Positions 22,279 to 34,150 of a DNA stretch of 64,000 nucleotides are shown in pieces. The translations under genes were made by a program, and so were the position numbers. The stretch spans positions 5,496,862-5,560,861 of the forward strand of contig SMSO01000025.1 of the NCBI GenBank assembly GCA_004764695.1, in the 5' to 3' direction. This stretch comes from Schizochytrium sp. TIO01 (lineage: Eukaryota; Protista; Bigyra: Labyrinthulomycetes). The notes under the pieces were generated by a model. That model was not told the origin of the DNA. It searched no databases and was given only the letters and a program-made list of their open reading frames with translations. How positions within the stretch are numbered: position 1 is the stretch's first letter; every line of letters starts with the position of its first letter.

Positions 22279-24140
22279 TCTCCAGGGAAAGAAATGGAGG
22301 AGTTATTGGCTGGTGTTGAGAATGGAGGGAAAACATGTAAAATGTCCATGCTAAAAAGGACAACTTATTAATGGAGATTTTCAAGCACTGGGCACTGCTA
22401 AAGGTTATTAAAGCATGTATGCGCTTCGTTTGAGAGAGGCATACGTCGTTTCTGAAGTGATGGAAGGAGTTTTGTTGTTATGGCCTCACGACGACATTTT
22501 GAGTCCTGCTCATACCCACCATGATCATAGTCATTCGGACGATTTCGGATGGACTTTTAAACCATAGGAGCATATGGAGCTAGACTTTATGAGGTAGGGT
22601 CCTTTTCCAGAAGCTACCGTTCGGCAAAGTAAAGATCGGTGCTGAGACAGCCAAAGCGATACGAAAGAAATATATACTTGCGATGTTAAATGGATTAAAC
22701 ATGCCGAGTACATTCCCGATTATGGAAAGACATATCCCTTGTCATTTATTTCTCTTTCAGCGCGACAATATCCATGTTTGTTTGTAAGGAATGAGCAAAT
22801 TGAACATCACTTTCGATGTATGACTTGTATGCGCTTAAAACTTAGAATGAATATTTAATCTTAGTCACTTTGAAAAACAGTATTCACCGATCTACTGAAG
22901 AACCTATTGAACACCACACCACTAATAGCTAGTCTAATGCAATAGATGTGAAGCCACTTATTATTCTTTACGTGTAAACATTCAGAAGGGAGGCATCGCA
23001 ATCTGCAGGCGGTCGTCAGTCCCTGATATGTGTAGTAAACCCCTAAAAATATCTTCTACTTAAGGTAGTAATGATATTTTCATATGCATTGTATATTGAA
23101 GTCATCGTTCCTGCGGAGGGTATAAAGTATCTCTGATATTTAAACGTTTTTTTGAACATTGAAAGCTACTAAAGAAGGAATTAAGCCCACCGTATCTTAA
23201 GACGCTTACGACTATGGCACGAGAGCAATAGATGATGTGATAAGCATCACCTGAATAGGTTATCACTTACGTAAAATAAATCTACAAAGAGTGAGAGCAC
23301 CGCGTAAGCCTCCATTTATTTGTTACATTACCTGGTGCATCACCTAATGATGATCAAGTCAACTCTTTGATAGTTTTACGGTGTTTTCGTAAGGCTTTCA
23401 TTATTTTTATATCGCCATGCTCGTCATAGATTATGCACTGCTACATTTACAGGTTGGGCTTAAGGGTATTGTGGAATCTAATATTACTTGGATGGAGCAG
23501 TCTCGTTCCTCTGGCAACATCATTAAGCTTTTTAGAGGAAGCGTCCGTTGACCTTTATTTATTGGTATTTGCAAGACTTGCTCCATTATAATTTTTTTAA
23601 TCATAGCTGGTTTCGCAGTGTACTTCTTTCCCTAGCATAGGAATAACAAGTGCAGTAATTAAAAAAATGAGATTTCTAATGGGATCTCTATGTGTCTTAC
23701 ACCGATACTGTTTTTATTATGTTCTCTCCATGGCGCTCCTCCTTCAAATTTCGTGATCGAACGAGTACCACTTTCTGTGCTCTGGCCGCAAGAAAGGTGA
23801 GTTGCTTACTCGTCTAAGTAGCATAAGTTTGCAATGTGGCATGCTACTTGTTGCTCCATACGACGATTAAGTAAAAAGAGGTGTAATCAAGGAGCATCTT
23901 CCCAGCACAGCAACATTGTTTTCAATGATAAATACGCCGAATTCAAGAATAAAGAGGTGCGACGGTTTCACAAACTCTGCAAATCATTCTCCAAAATGCC
24001 TAAATTTACTGCTAAGATCGCCTACCGAAGGAAAGATAATGTAGATAACACCACTGATAACGTTTTTGATACTCTATTGTAAGTCCTAAAGCATTCGGAG
24101 CCTTAGAGAATAAGCACGAAATAACCATGTGTGTGTGGTG

Positions 24141-24560
24141 GTGCTGAGATCTCCAATCGAAGGGGCTAGTGGACAAGACATTGCTCGAGTTATTAGTGTT
24201 CCTTTGTAAAATCCCCGTAGATATGAGCTTTACAATAGAGCAATAATAGGCAGCCAGACTCAAGTGGCTGCCAGAGCCAAGAACTAGAAGTGTGAATACC
24301 CATTACCTACATCCAAGCATGGTGTAACTTAAATCGATGGTTGAAGAAGTTGGATTAACCTACCCCATCGATTATCTCTAGCCACTTTCAAGAATGTCTT
24401 AATCACCCTCAATTACTACATGAATCCATCTGTCCTGGAATTCATTCTCCAGGACAGCAGTTCGCTAACTCGTAAATCAACCTTCTTAAAAGCCTTCATC
24501 AAGCATCTTGCCTTCATCTTTACAGTCAACCTCAAGCTAATTAGCATCACCTTTCAGTAG
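24141..24560 (-). pseudogene. Decayed coding fragment, copy A of a 3-copy dispersed family (weakly ankyrin-like N-terminal part)
   Basis: Aligns by eye with 25185-25596 (opposite strand) and 31392-31819 (same strand), e.g. gtgctgagatctccaatcga shared with copy C. Translates as LLKGDAN*LEVDCKDEG..LMKAFKKVD..RTAVLE with stops and frameshifts. Confidence 0.6.
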
Positions 24561-25184
24561 GCGATAAAGTAAAATGACTCAGAAATGAAAGTATACTACA
24601 TATTTAAGGGTATGCGCGTGGGTGAAATCTGAACAGTAGTTGACCTTTTTCCTTTTTTTCCATTGATGTGCAATATAGGTCAATTTTCAGAAGAAATTTA
24701 TACGGGGATTTGAATATACTAGATATCAATATTCTTTTTTATAAGCTTTTTACAGAATTCTGTCTTAGCTTAATGAAAATAATATGAATAGGACTATTTT
24801 GGTATTTTGAGCAGACCTCTAACTTAACAAGTTTGCAACTCATGCTCAAGACTTCCCTAGGTGCTTTGCCTTTCATTATTGGTCATCTTGAACCTAATCA
24901 GGACACAGCCCTTCACAGCCCACACTTAAACATTGCTTGTTACTTTTTGGCCTCTACAAAGAACTATGACTAATCCCCATTTAGAAGTTAGATTCAGATG
25001 GAACCTTTAGCAGCGCAAAGTAAACGCAGTCACCCCCCAAGAGAGTGGCGATATCGCTGATTCAATTTTCAAGCATTTCACTTGTCGAAGTTGTCTTCAT
25101 TCCACTGATATCACTCGCCTTTCTGAATAGCCCCCAAAATATTCAAACGATTGACATATAATTTTAAGGGAAGGCTCAAACTCC

Positions 25185-25596
25185 CTGCTGAAGGATGGAT
25201 CCGGTCAGCTGAAGGTTGACTATTAAGATAAAGGTACACAGCTTTTGATGAAGGCTTGTAAAAAGGTTGATTCTAAGAGTCAGCGAACTACTGTTCTGGA
25301 AATGATTTTAAAGAGAGACCGATTCATGTAGTAATTAGGGGGCTACGACATTCTTGAACTGTATTAGATATACTTGACGGGGTTAGGCTAATTCAACCTC
25401 TTCAATTATCGATCCCTGTTGTACCATACTTGTTCTAGGTAATATTTAGTCACATTGTTTATTCTTGGCTTCTCAACCACGTAAGTCTGGTTGTCTAGTT
25501 CTGCTCTTTGCTATGTCCATGAGGTCTTTACTAAGGGATGCCAAGAACTCCAGCAATATCTTGTCCACTAGTTCGTTCGATTAGAGATCTTAGCAC
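25185..25596 (+). pseudogene. Decayed coding fragment, copy B (inverted relative to A and C)
   Basis: One frame reads LLKDGSGQLKVDY*DKGTQLLMKACKKVDSKSQRTTVLEMIL...KGCQELQQYLVH*FVRLEILAL with multiple in-frame stops; homologous to copies A and C. Confidence 0.6.
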
Positions 25597-28500
25597 TCTC
25601 GCTGGCAAAAAAATACACATAGGACATGAATATGATAATAATTGAATAAACATATTCCACTATGCAAAGATTTGTAGCATTTTCGTATTCGTTCTCTGTT
25701 GCTAAGTCTTCACTTTGGTGTTTGAAAAAGTCTGAAGTATGATGAAGAACTCATATTTTGAGTCACATAAGTCATTGAGATGGAAAAAAATCCCGTAAAA
25801 AGTAAGGCAGACTTCACTTTCAATCTTTCCTCTTTGACTTTTATCAAATGCCTTTCCCTATTTCGAGCTTTCCATTCAAAGGACCCTTTGAACATGTTTA
25901 GTTATACATACTTCCTTAGCAATCCGGTGTCGGCTAGGAGTGCCGAAGGGCAGAACCAAAAAACGATTTAGCAATCAAAACTTTAGTTCACGAGGCTTAA
26001 AAAACCCGAGGACCAGATAGCCGAGAATTGAAGCAATTATCCAAAATAAACACTAACTGGCCTCTACATGCTGCGCAAAGTATTATATGCACCTTATCGT
26101 AAAATCTTACGCACCAGTCTTTCTGCTTAGTTTGCAGACCTCTGATTTCTAAAGCTGGTGTCGAGTTCAAAGCATTTACCTTCATCTTTCCTTGCAGACA
26201 AAGCGACCCTGAGCTGGTTCCTCACCTCAATCGTCCTGGTAACATGCAAGTACTGTCTTTTTCAAGCTCCAGGCAGCTATGTTTTAGTACGCCTGCTGCC
26301 CTGGGTAAACGACTATCAGACTCTTTATACATTGTCTTTAAAGGTCATTCATTCATTCATTCATTCATTCATTCATGTTATTGAATTGGTCGAATCCACG
26401 TTGCCGCTATAACGAGTTAGTACCGGTTTCAGCAAAAGCCGTTCTGCTTTTCCGAGTAGGTAGTATCTTTTGTCTGATCCAAATCTTATACGATCCATCC
26501 ATGATACGCCTTGCGCCGTATTGAGCACAAGTTCGCTGCTCAGTCATTGAGCCACTCCGATTCTGGCCTCTGGCTCCTTTCCGCCCATAAGAAGCCCGAG
26601 TAAATGCAGGCGGCCGTGTCCTCAAACCTTAAGACGAGACCACGCAACAACCATTATGAATAGGCGAGGTGGGCGGACTTTAGTTAGAACCCAATTAATT
26701 CGTCATCTTCAGATCTCCGTTGAATAAACAAAACTCCGTTGCTGAGTAAATAACCATAAAGTCCAGTTTCTCTCCCCACTACGCAACGAGTCGCGAAGAC
26801 CGCGATTCGGTGGTCGCTCCTGCGAACGAAGCATTCTCCTGTCGTCGGCATTTCATGCACTGCGCTCGTTTCACGCACTTCGATTCAGGCAATGCCACCG
26901 CTCGAAATGAAGTTAGGAATTTAGTGAAGAACTCGAAAGAGCGGACTTAAATAAAAGAAAGAATGAATGAAAGACACAAATGCGTTTTCCTGGTTCTTGT
27001 CATGTCACGGTCGCTCACGGGTCCACGCCCTGGGCCCCAGAGCCCGCCTCGCGCCCTCCCTCACGCTGCAGCACGCAGGCCCTGCGCTTGACAGGATCGC
27101 TGCGAAGGGTTGTGGGGGGAAGGAGAGCACAACGCCATCGTGCTGCTGAGCCCGCAACAGCTGCCTCGCTGCCGAAGCATCAACGACGTAAACCCGCGAC
27201 TGTTTCGGCCTTTCGAGATCCGGTCCTCCGCGCCAGCATGAACGAGCGAACTGTCTTCGACACGGACAACGTCTGCTTGTGTCGGCCGACAAGATCGCCT
27301 GCGAAGTAAATGCTCTCGCTTGCCAGCCTCGCGGCATGGCCTCTTCGGAGGCAGTCAAGCTCAGCTCGCAACCTCAAAAGCAGTCGCGGCGATCCACACA
27401 ACCAACTCAGGGCACGCACGTACGTTGGAAACTCCCGCGCAGTTCTCGACGCGGCTATCTAATCTATCTCTGGAGCTCGTTTTGGTAAGGGCACCTGGTT
27501 TCCTTGACCGGTTTTACGATAGTTGCACGTCAAATTTATGCCGAGGGATCGATTGAATTTCATTGCATTGCATTGTATGGAATTGCATCGCATTGCTTTG
27601 CATCTCATCGCATTGCTTTGCTTTGCTTTGCTTTGCATTGTCTTCACAGACTAAAAAGTTGGCCATGACCAACTGTCGAACTCGCAACGTGTCATTTGCG
27701 GAGGGTGGGATGGACGTCTTGGGGTGGCCCATCTCCGTTTCCTGCATTGTTCAACCCTCCTCAATCAGGCCGCGCCAGCGACGTCGGGGTTCTGCACCGA
27801 GCCGAGGCCCAGGACATCGCCGTGGCCATGTCTTGCAATGCAGTTCCCGTGCTCTCTGCACAGGCAAAGAGGAGGCCGAAGAAAGCTAGCTGGCTCGACC
27901 CATCGAAAGACTCTGCCTTCTTGAAACTAAACTAAAACTAGAGAAGAAGGGTGTGCGAGGGTCCTCGTGGGTCCTCGTAAGGCCCTAGAGGGAACCCGCA
28001 GGGGTGGGCCCAAAAAAGCCTGATCTAATTGAGTAAAAATAAGTTCTTCTTTCTGTCACTTTCGTTTTTCCGCTCGTCGAGTTCTTTTCACGGGTGTTTC
28101 TCGCGGCAGACCCTGAACTGGGCTGGGCGCTCCTCAGGTCCTTCGGTCGCGACCACCGTCTGGAAGTCACTTGCTTGAATAAAAGGTGCTGGCAGTTCGA
28201 CGCGCGGAAAGATCTTCTTTGCTTGCGTTTCGTGGAAGAAGTCTGAACGAAGACGCACTCCGAACAACGTACGATTGGCATATTTCTCTGGAGGTTTTAG
28301 TTCGCCAAGGTCGATTCCTTCGAACTACGTTCGGAGGCATAGCTGCGAGAGGATTGGGGCTACGTACGAACCGTGCGGGGCTTTAGAGGGTCGGGGAGAG
28401 CAAGCCAGCTCGTTTGTTTGTTTTGTTGTTGTCTTTGTTGTTTTTTTAAAGAGCCGAGGCTTCGCGTGCGCTTTTTTGAGGGAGGTTTGTTGAGGCGGAA

Positions 28501-28957
28501 GTTTTTGCGAGGTCCTGGTTTTCGACTCTTCTTAGTTTGCACAATAAACGAGGGCCGTGAGAGCAGGCGTCAACGGCATCAGGCACATCATCACACCCGC
28601 AAAGCAATAGCGACCCGGGTTCACCGCTGCGACGGCGTGTGTGCGTGATCTCATTCGAGGCGTTGGGGGCTCTAGCCAACCTCGAGAGAAGCAAAAGCCT
28701 CCAGCTTCCAGAGCTGAGCCGAAACCATATCTGACGAAGCGAAGCGAAGCGGAGGGCAAGCTTTGCAACTTAGCAGGCAGTAGCGACTAGAGCCATTGCC
28801 GGCAGCAGTAGGCAGCCTTGAAGACAGCATAAAAGCATCAGTGTTAGTATTGTGAAATCTTTGATAGTAGGAAACGTGGCGTGGTGCATTCGGAGAGATC
28901 TTGGAGCCAAATTCAGAAGGGCAAAACCTTTGTTTCAGAGCAACGTGATATTTCAAA

Positions 28958-30331
28958 ATGGAGGAAAAGGACGAGCACCTGCTGAGTGAGAGCAGGTCTC
29001 TAACCGTAGAAAACGCTGGGTCCAACTTTCCCTCGTCAATCAATGTAGCAAATGGATCGTCAACGGCAATCTTACGTGAGGTTCCAGTTAATGTTCTTGA
29101 AGACGTTGAGTCGCTGCGTAAGGAGAGGATGCTCTTGGCCAAGGAACGCGCAAAGCTCGAAACTCTTCGCGCAGAAGGCTTTGTGGGAAAGATTAGTGGC
29201 ATGGAGAGCCAGCATCGTGTCGTTCATCTTAATGTAGGGGGTAAATCCTTTGTGACATCCATGAACAGTATTGCTTCATGCAATGGAAGCTTGCTGTACA
29301 GTATCGTAAAGCATAGTTCTACAATGAGAGCTTCCGTCCTCGAGGGAGAGCACGATGAGGTTTTTATTGACAGGGATGGAGAACATTTTGCGTTCATCCT
29401 TAATTGGCTGCGTGCGAAGGCATGCTGCTCAGGGTACAAACCTCCCCCAAGTTCGGTTCGAGAGGATGTACTTATCGAGGCTGAATACTTTGGACTCGAT
29501 GATCTCGTGGACTACTTGAGGCACTTCAAGTCTGGCGGAGCTGATCGCATGGATGGAAGTCGTCTGCTGGAGCTTAAAGCTATGGGCGCGAGAGATTTTG
29601 ATGGTGCGAATTTCTCTAATGGAATGTATGATGGCATTTGTTTTAGCTCAGATCAAGCTCGTAGACACGCACGCAGCGCTCGGTTCACTGACAGCAGTTT
29701 ACAGCGTGCTAGGTTTGAAGGCATGGACTTGAGCGATGCCGACTTTACTGGTAGCTTGTTACAAAATGCTAACTTTCATGGGGCAAAGCTGTCAGGGGCT
29801 TGTTTTGATGGTGCAAACTTAACAGGGGCCGACTTCTCTGGAGCGGATTTACGAGGTGCTATCATCGAACGAGCTGAGTCTTTGAGCAGGTGTAACTTTG
29901 CTGGATCAAGAATGGATGGTCTAGAGTTACGCCACCGGCACGATCTGCAGCATGTCTGTATGGAGCGAGTATTTGGTCCTGGTGCGGACCTTCGTGGGAG
30001 TAATATGCAAAGTGCAAACCTTAAGGGTGCAAAGCTACAAAATGCTCAGCTACAAGGGTGCTGCTTGAGATACTCCTCCCTCCAACCCTCTGAAAAGCCT
30101 GTCTTAAATGGAGGGAGCCCAGAGCAAGAAACTGATTTGGAACAAGCAAACCTTGAAGGCTGTGACTTTCTTTGCGCAACATTGCAGAGGGCAAACTTTC
30201 GGTCTGCAAAGCTTGGGGGGGCTATCTTTTCTGGTGCCAACACACGAGGTGCGTGCTACGAGCAAACTGTTTTTCAAACTCTGCGTGGCGGCCCAGGCTC
30301 GAGCTCAATGCGGCGTTCATCACTTGGTTGA
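28958..30331 (+). CDS. BTB/POZ (T1-type) domain plus pentapeptide-repeat protein, KCTD9/FIP2-like
   Basis: VVHLNVGGKSFVTS...VFIDRDGEHFAFILNWLR...EAEYFGLDDLV (KCTD-type BTB), followed by many A(D/N)(L/F)xx pentapeptides (ADFTG SLLQN ANFHG AKLSG ACFDG ANLTG ADFSG ADLRG). Confidence 0.9.
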   Translation: MEEKDEHLLSESRSLTVENAGSNFPSSINVANGSSTAILREVPVNVLEDVESLRKERMLLAKERAKLETLRAEGFVGKISGMESQHRVVHLNVGGKSFVTSMNSIASCNGSLLYSIVKHSSTMRASVLEGEHDEVFIDRDGEHFAFILNWLRAKACCSGYKPPPSSVREDVLIEAEYFGLDDLVDYLRHFKSGGADRMDGSRLLELKAMGARDFDGANFSNGMYDGICFSSDQARRHARSARFTDSSLQRARFEGMDLSDADFTGSLLQNANFHGAKLSGACFDGANLTGADFSGADLRGAIIERAESLSRCNFAGSRMDGLELRHRHDLQHVCMERVFGPGADLRGSNMQSANLKGAKLQNAQLQGCCLRYSSLQPSEKPVLNGGSPEQETDLEQANLEGCDFLCATLQRANFRSAKLGGAIFSGANTRGACYEQTVFQTLRGGPGSSSMRRSSLG

Positions 30332-31391
30332 TCTTATGAGCTGTTTACATTCCTTATTGCAAAACAAGAAGTCTGCACCTATTGCCTTGCCTGTAATAAC
30401 GTAATCACACTGCTGTCTCGAAACGACACATCTGTGATGAGATATACCTGTACGACTTGAACGATACGGTCGCCTGTATTCTGCAAGTCAAATCAATTAA
30501 TTTGAAATTTCATCGTATCACTCTGTGCCAAACAATTAACACTTTTATCGCCTTTTCTCACTTTTCATATCTTGCTTTGACAATCCCTTGGGCTTTCGTA
30601 GTCATGATCATGCTTTTGTATTCTTCGATTTTTATTTTTATTAAAATAGAAATAAAAATGGAATATTGAATTGAACCAAAGGTCTGCAAGACAACGGGAA
30701 GGTTTGGTGAGCCGAGATAAGATGATAAAGCTACTGGGAAGATCATCATTGAATGATTTATCATCTTTTATTTTTTGGCAATCCTATGTTTTTGAAATAT
30801 ATATGACTTAGTTTGGCGAATTTTAATAGTGAGAAGGCCTTGTTCAATCAAGAACAGTACACTCTATAAGGCCTAGTACATTCATTAAATGCATAAATAT
30901 ATTTTTATTTTTTAACACCTGAAGCGAGTGTTCAATTCACAAAAGAGACGATGCTCACGTCCACGATGGTTCACACATCAAAACTAAATGATCATGGTGA
31001 CCTCAAAAAATTAACTTCCAAGGTTAAACTCTTTTGAAGCATTTTAGCTCACACTCAAAATTCTACTCGTTATTTCTCTTGACAAAATTATATCAACTTT
31101 CGGTAGTGGCAGAACTTATCTGATTCACTATAAAAAGAGAAGAAAAGAATTCTGGAGCGTTCATTCCATTCATCGACCTTCAGTTGGCTTTGCTGCTCGG
31201 GAATGAAAGAAATCCTAGTATGAGAACACACAAGATTCATTGGTTCAAATGAAAAAATATACTCGGCTCTTCCATTATATGGTCAACATTCGAATTTCAT
31301 GTAGCCCAGGCTACACGATTTGTCAAGAATAAGTATTATGAAGGAACACCAGGTGAAGGTTTCTTGGTAGACCAATTGAGCTCGTATGGTA

Positions 31392-31819
31392 GTGCTGAGA
31401 TCTCCAATCGAATGAGCTGTTGGACACGACATTGCAGGAGTTCTGTGCATCCCTTTGTTAACTGTCAAGGATTTAGGGTTTACACGGAAGAGAACTAGGT
31501 AACCAGACCTCTATACTTGAGAAGCCATGATTCAAAATGTACATACACCTATTATAGAGTTAAGTGTGACGGAGTCCAAGTTGGTGTTTGAAGAGTTCTG
31601 AATTAACCTAACCCGATCAATAATGTCTAACAAAGATCAAGTATGTCTATCCTAATCTAAATACAACATGAGTCATGCTGCCTTGGATTGCAATTTCCAG
31701 GACAGCAGATCTCTCACTCTTCAAATTAAAGAATGTCTTTCAAGCCTTCATAAAGGCTGAAAAGTCCTGCTTTCATCTTCATAGTCAACTTAAAGCTGAG
31801 CAGATTCATCTTTCAGCAG
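31392..31819 (-). pseudogene. Decayed coding fragment, copy C
   Basis: Reads LLKDESAQL*VDYEDES...KGCTELLQCRVQQLIRLEISALPYEL with stops and frameshifts; homologous to copies A and B. Confidence 0.6.
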
Positions 31820-32111
31820 TTACACCATACAGAGTAGCGGAGTGAACTGTGGATAGGATCAAGATCTCCTGCATGAAATATGTCTAAATTATTCTGCACA
31901 ACACCATCCTTTGAGTTAGTTAAAAATAAAGCTACAACCTGGTGCCTAGAAGTAGGAGTTCGACAGAGCTGAAGATCAATAATGAGCAGAGATTTGGGTT
32001 AATGTATTACCTTGAATCAAGGTAAAGTGTTGAAATCGTATTAGGTGTATATTAAAATCACTAACCGACCTCCCTTCAACCAGCAGCAATGAGCTCTACA
32101 GCTCAGGGCCA

Positions 32112-32183
32112 GCAGGTGTAGCTCAGTGGTAGAGCGTCCGCCTGACACGCGGAAGGTCACGAGTTCGATCCTCGTCATCTGTA
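32112..32183 (+). tRNA. tRNA-Val (anticodon GAC)
   Basis: Full cloverleaf: acceptor GCAGGTG/CATCTGT, D-arm GCTC-AGTGGTA-GAGC, anticodon arm TCCGC-CTGACAC-GCGGA (GAC at 32144-32146), variable loop AGGTC, T-arm ACGAG-TTCGATC-CTCGT, discriminator A. No intron and no encoded CCA. Confidence 0.93.
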
Positions 32184-32192
32184 AAAGATTTA

Positions 32193-32199
32193 TTTTTTT
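32193..32199 (+). terminator. RNA polymerase III oligo-T terminator of the tRNA gene
   Basis: T7 run about 10 nt after the discriminator base. Confidence 0.7.
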
Positions 32200-33878
32200 C
32201 TACTTTCAAATAGTAGAAACAGAAAAGAACATAATAAATCATATGACTCTTATGTTCGCATTTACTTCCAATATACTTCTGTTTTTGTTACTTAGTTAAC
32301 AAAAACAAAATTTTTGGAATGAAAAACGTTTTTTGAATAATAAACAATATAAGGCGCTTTCTTTAAGAATAAAAAAGGCATATGAAGAAAGTAAGGATGA
32401 GAAATTCGTTGGAAAGCAGCATTGATATATAATGATAGGAAAGGACCATGCAAAGTTACTTGAAGTGTTCCTTTGATTGACGACTCTAGCATTGTGATAT
32501 TTGGAGCTCATTGTGTATCGTGTCGAGGAAGACACCGTTACTTGCGATCATGGATACCTGCATTTTACTTTAGAAGCTATTTGTGTATAAGTAAGAAGCC
32601 GCTTCAAAGTAAAACTTGTCTCACCTCCGTGTACACCGCCGCTTTAGCTGTTGTTATCGCTTTGGTCTCTCTCCTGATGGTGCCACCAAACAAAACATTA
32701 GCCATGAGTATTTTGTCGCCCTTAAAAGTCTTTCTTCACCTTTTGCAAGGATGGCAAACGCCACTCCATCTGCTGGGTCGTGTAATTACGTATAAAATGG
32801 AAATTGTTATTCGTAGATTGTGTTTCAACTTTGTCAGGATTTTGAACATCTGAGATGTATAAGAGTTGATAAATGGCTGGCTAAAAGGAAGGAAGTAGAG
32901 GAGGGAGTTTTCGGTCGCCAACTTGTTGATTATTAAATCTTTTATAGTTGTTGACCAATCCTTAAATTGAAGTTTAAGCATTGCCTGCTTCTTATACAAA
33001 CATCGTACATGACAGCTTTTACCTTTAAGAATTTGAGAAATGAAATGTAGCGCTCTGTAAAGACGAGTGGTGTAAAAAAGGCGGCTTATTTTCCAACATT
33101 CAAGCCAACTTTCCTCACATACTATTATTTTACGAATTCGGGTTCCAAAAAGCACTTGATGATTTTAAGATTATGTTTATTAAAATAAACAAGACCTAAC
33201 ATGCGAACAGAGAAAGCATTGCTCGAGCCTGACCGATTCTCAGTTCACAATACTTGAAAAAATGCCGTTTACTTTATAACCAAAAAATTAATCAAATAAA
33301 GACACTTTGTAGACCACACAACATGTTTCTGTATCTCTACCTGCCTACTTTAAAGCGAAACCTTTTCTCAGTCCACTGCGGTCCGGGCCTTGAGATACGT
33401 TAGGGCACAGCTTTTTATTAAACATGGCGTTACTCCACACACTTTAGTTTGTTTCATTTGTTTCATGCCCAAAGAAAGTGTCAAACTCTCGCATGTGCTT
33501 TATTTTACAGGCCTAGCGTTGGCCGACGAAATAGGCGAGTACCTATCATATCTCACTTTGGCTTTGCTAGTCCTTGGGCAATACAAGGCGATAGAAGCAG
33601 CGAAAGAAGGAAGGTTGTCTGGGCCATCCATACCTATTATGGCACTGGTTGATGTTTGTTTTCCAGTTTTCATGAAATAAACAAGAACTCGAATCATTCG
33701 CTTGCTTGCTTGCTTGCTTGCCTTCATTAATAGATTCTTTGCTTTCAAGGTTGCACTTTCCAACGGAAGTAGTCGCACTGTCGACTTCGTTTACTCTGAG
33801 ATTGATCTCGTTCAGTGCCACTAAGCGCTCGTTCGCGGTTCGACTTTCCATGGTGGTGCTTCCGCTGTGCTGCTACAA

Positions 33879-33948
33879 TTGTTTGTTTGTTTGTTTGTTT
33901 GTTTGTTTGTTTGTTTGTTTGTTTGTTTGTTTGTTTGTTTGTTTGTTT
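33879..33948. repeat. (TTTG)n microsatellite
   Basis: About 17 units read directly. Confidence 0.9.
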
Positions 33949-34020
33949 TCGCGACTGCAATTGGGCCATCTGAGAAGCGATGACGCCACAACCATCGATG
34001 GCGGGCATTATTCTGGTTGC

Positions 34021-34150
34021 ACCACACCTCATCACACCACATTACATCACACCACACCACATCACAGCACAGCACATCACAGCACAGAGCAGAGCAGCAC
34101 TTCGCTCACAACACAACACAACACAGCACAGCACAGCACAGCACAGCACA
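34021..34150. repeat. Degenerate pentanucleotide repeat (CACAC/CACAT/CACAG)n
   Basis: Read directly; produces spurious His/Thr/Gln-rich ORFs. Confidence 0.8.
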
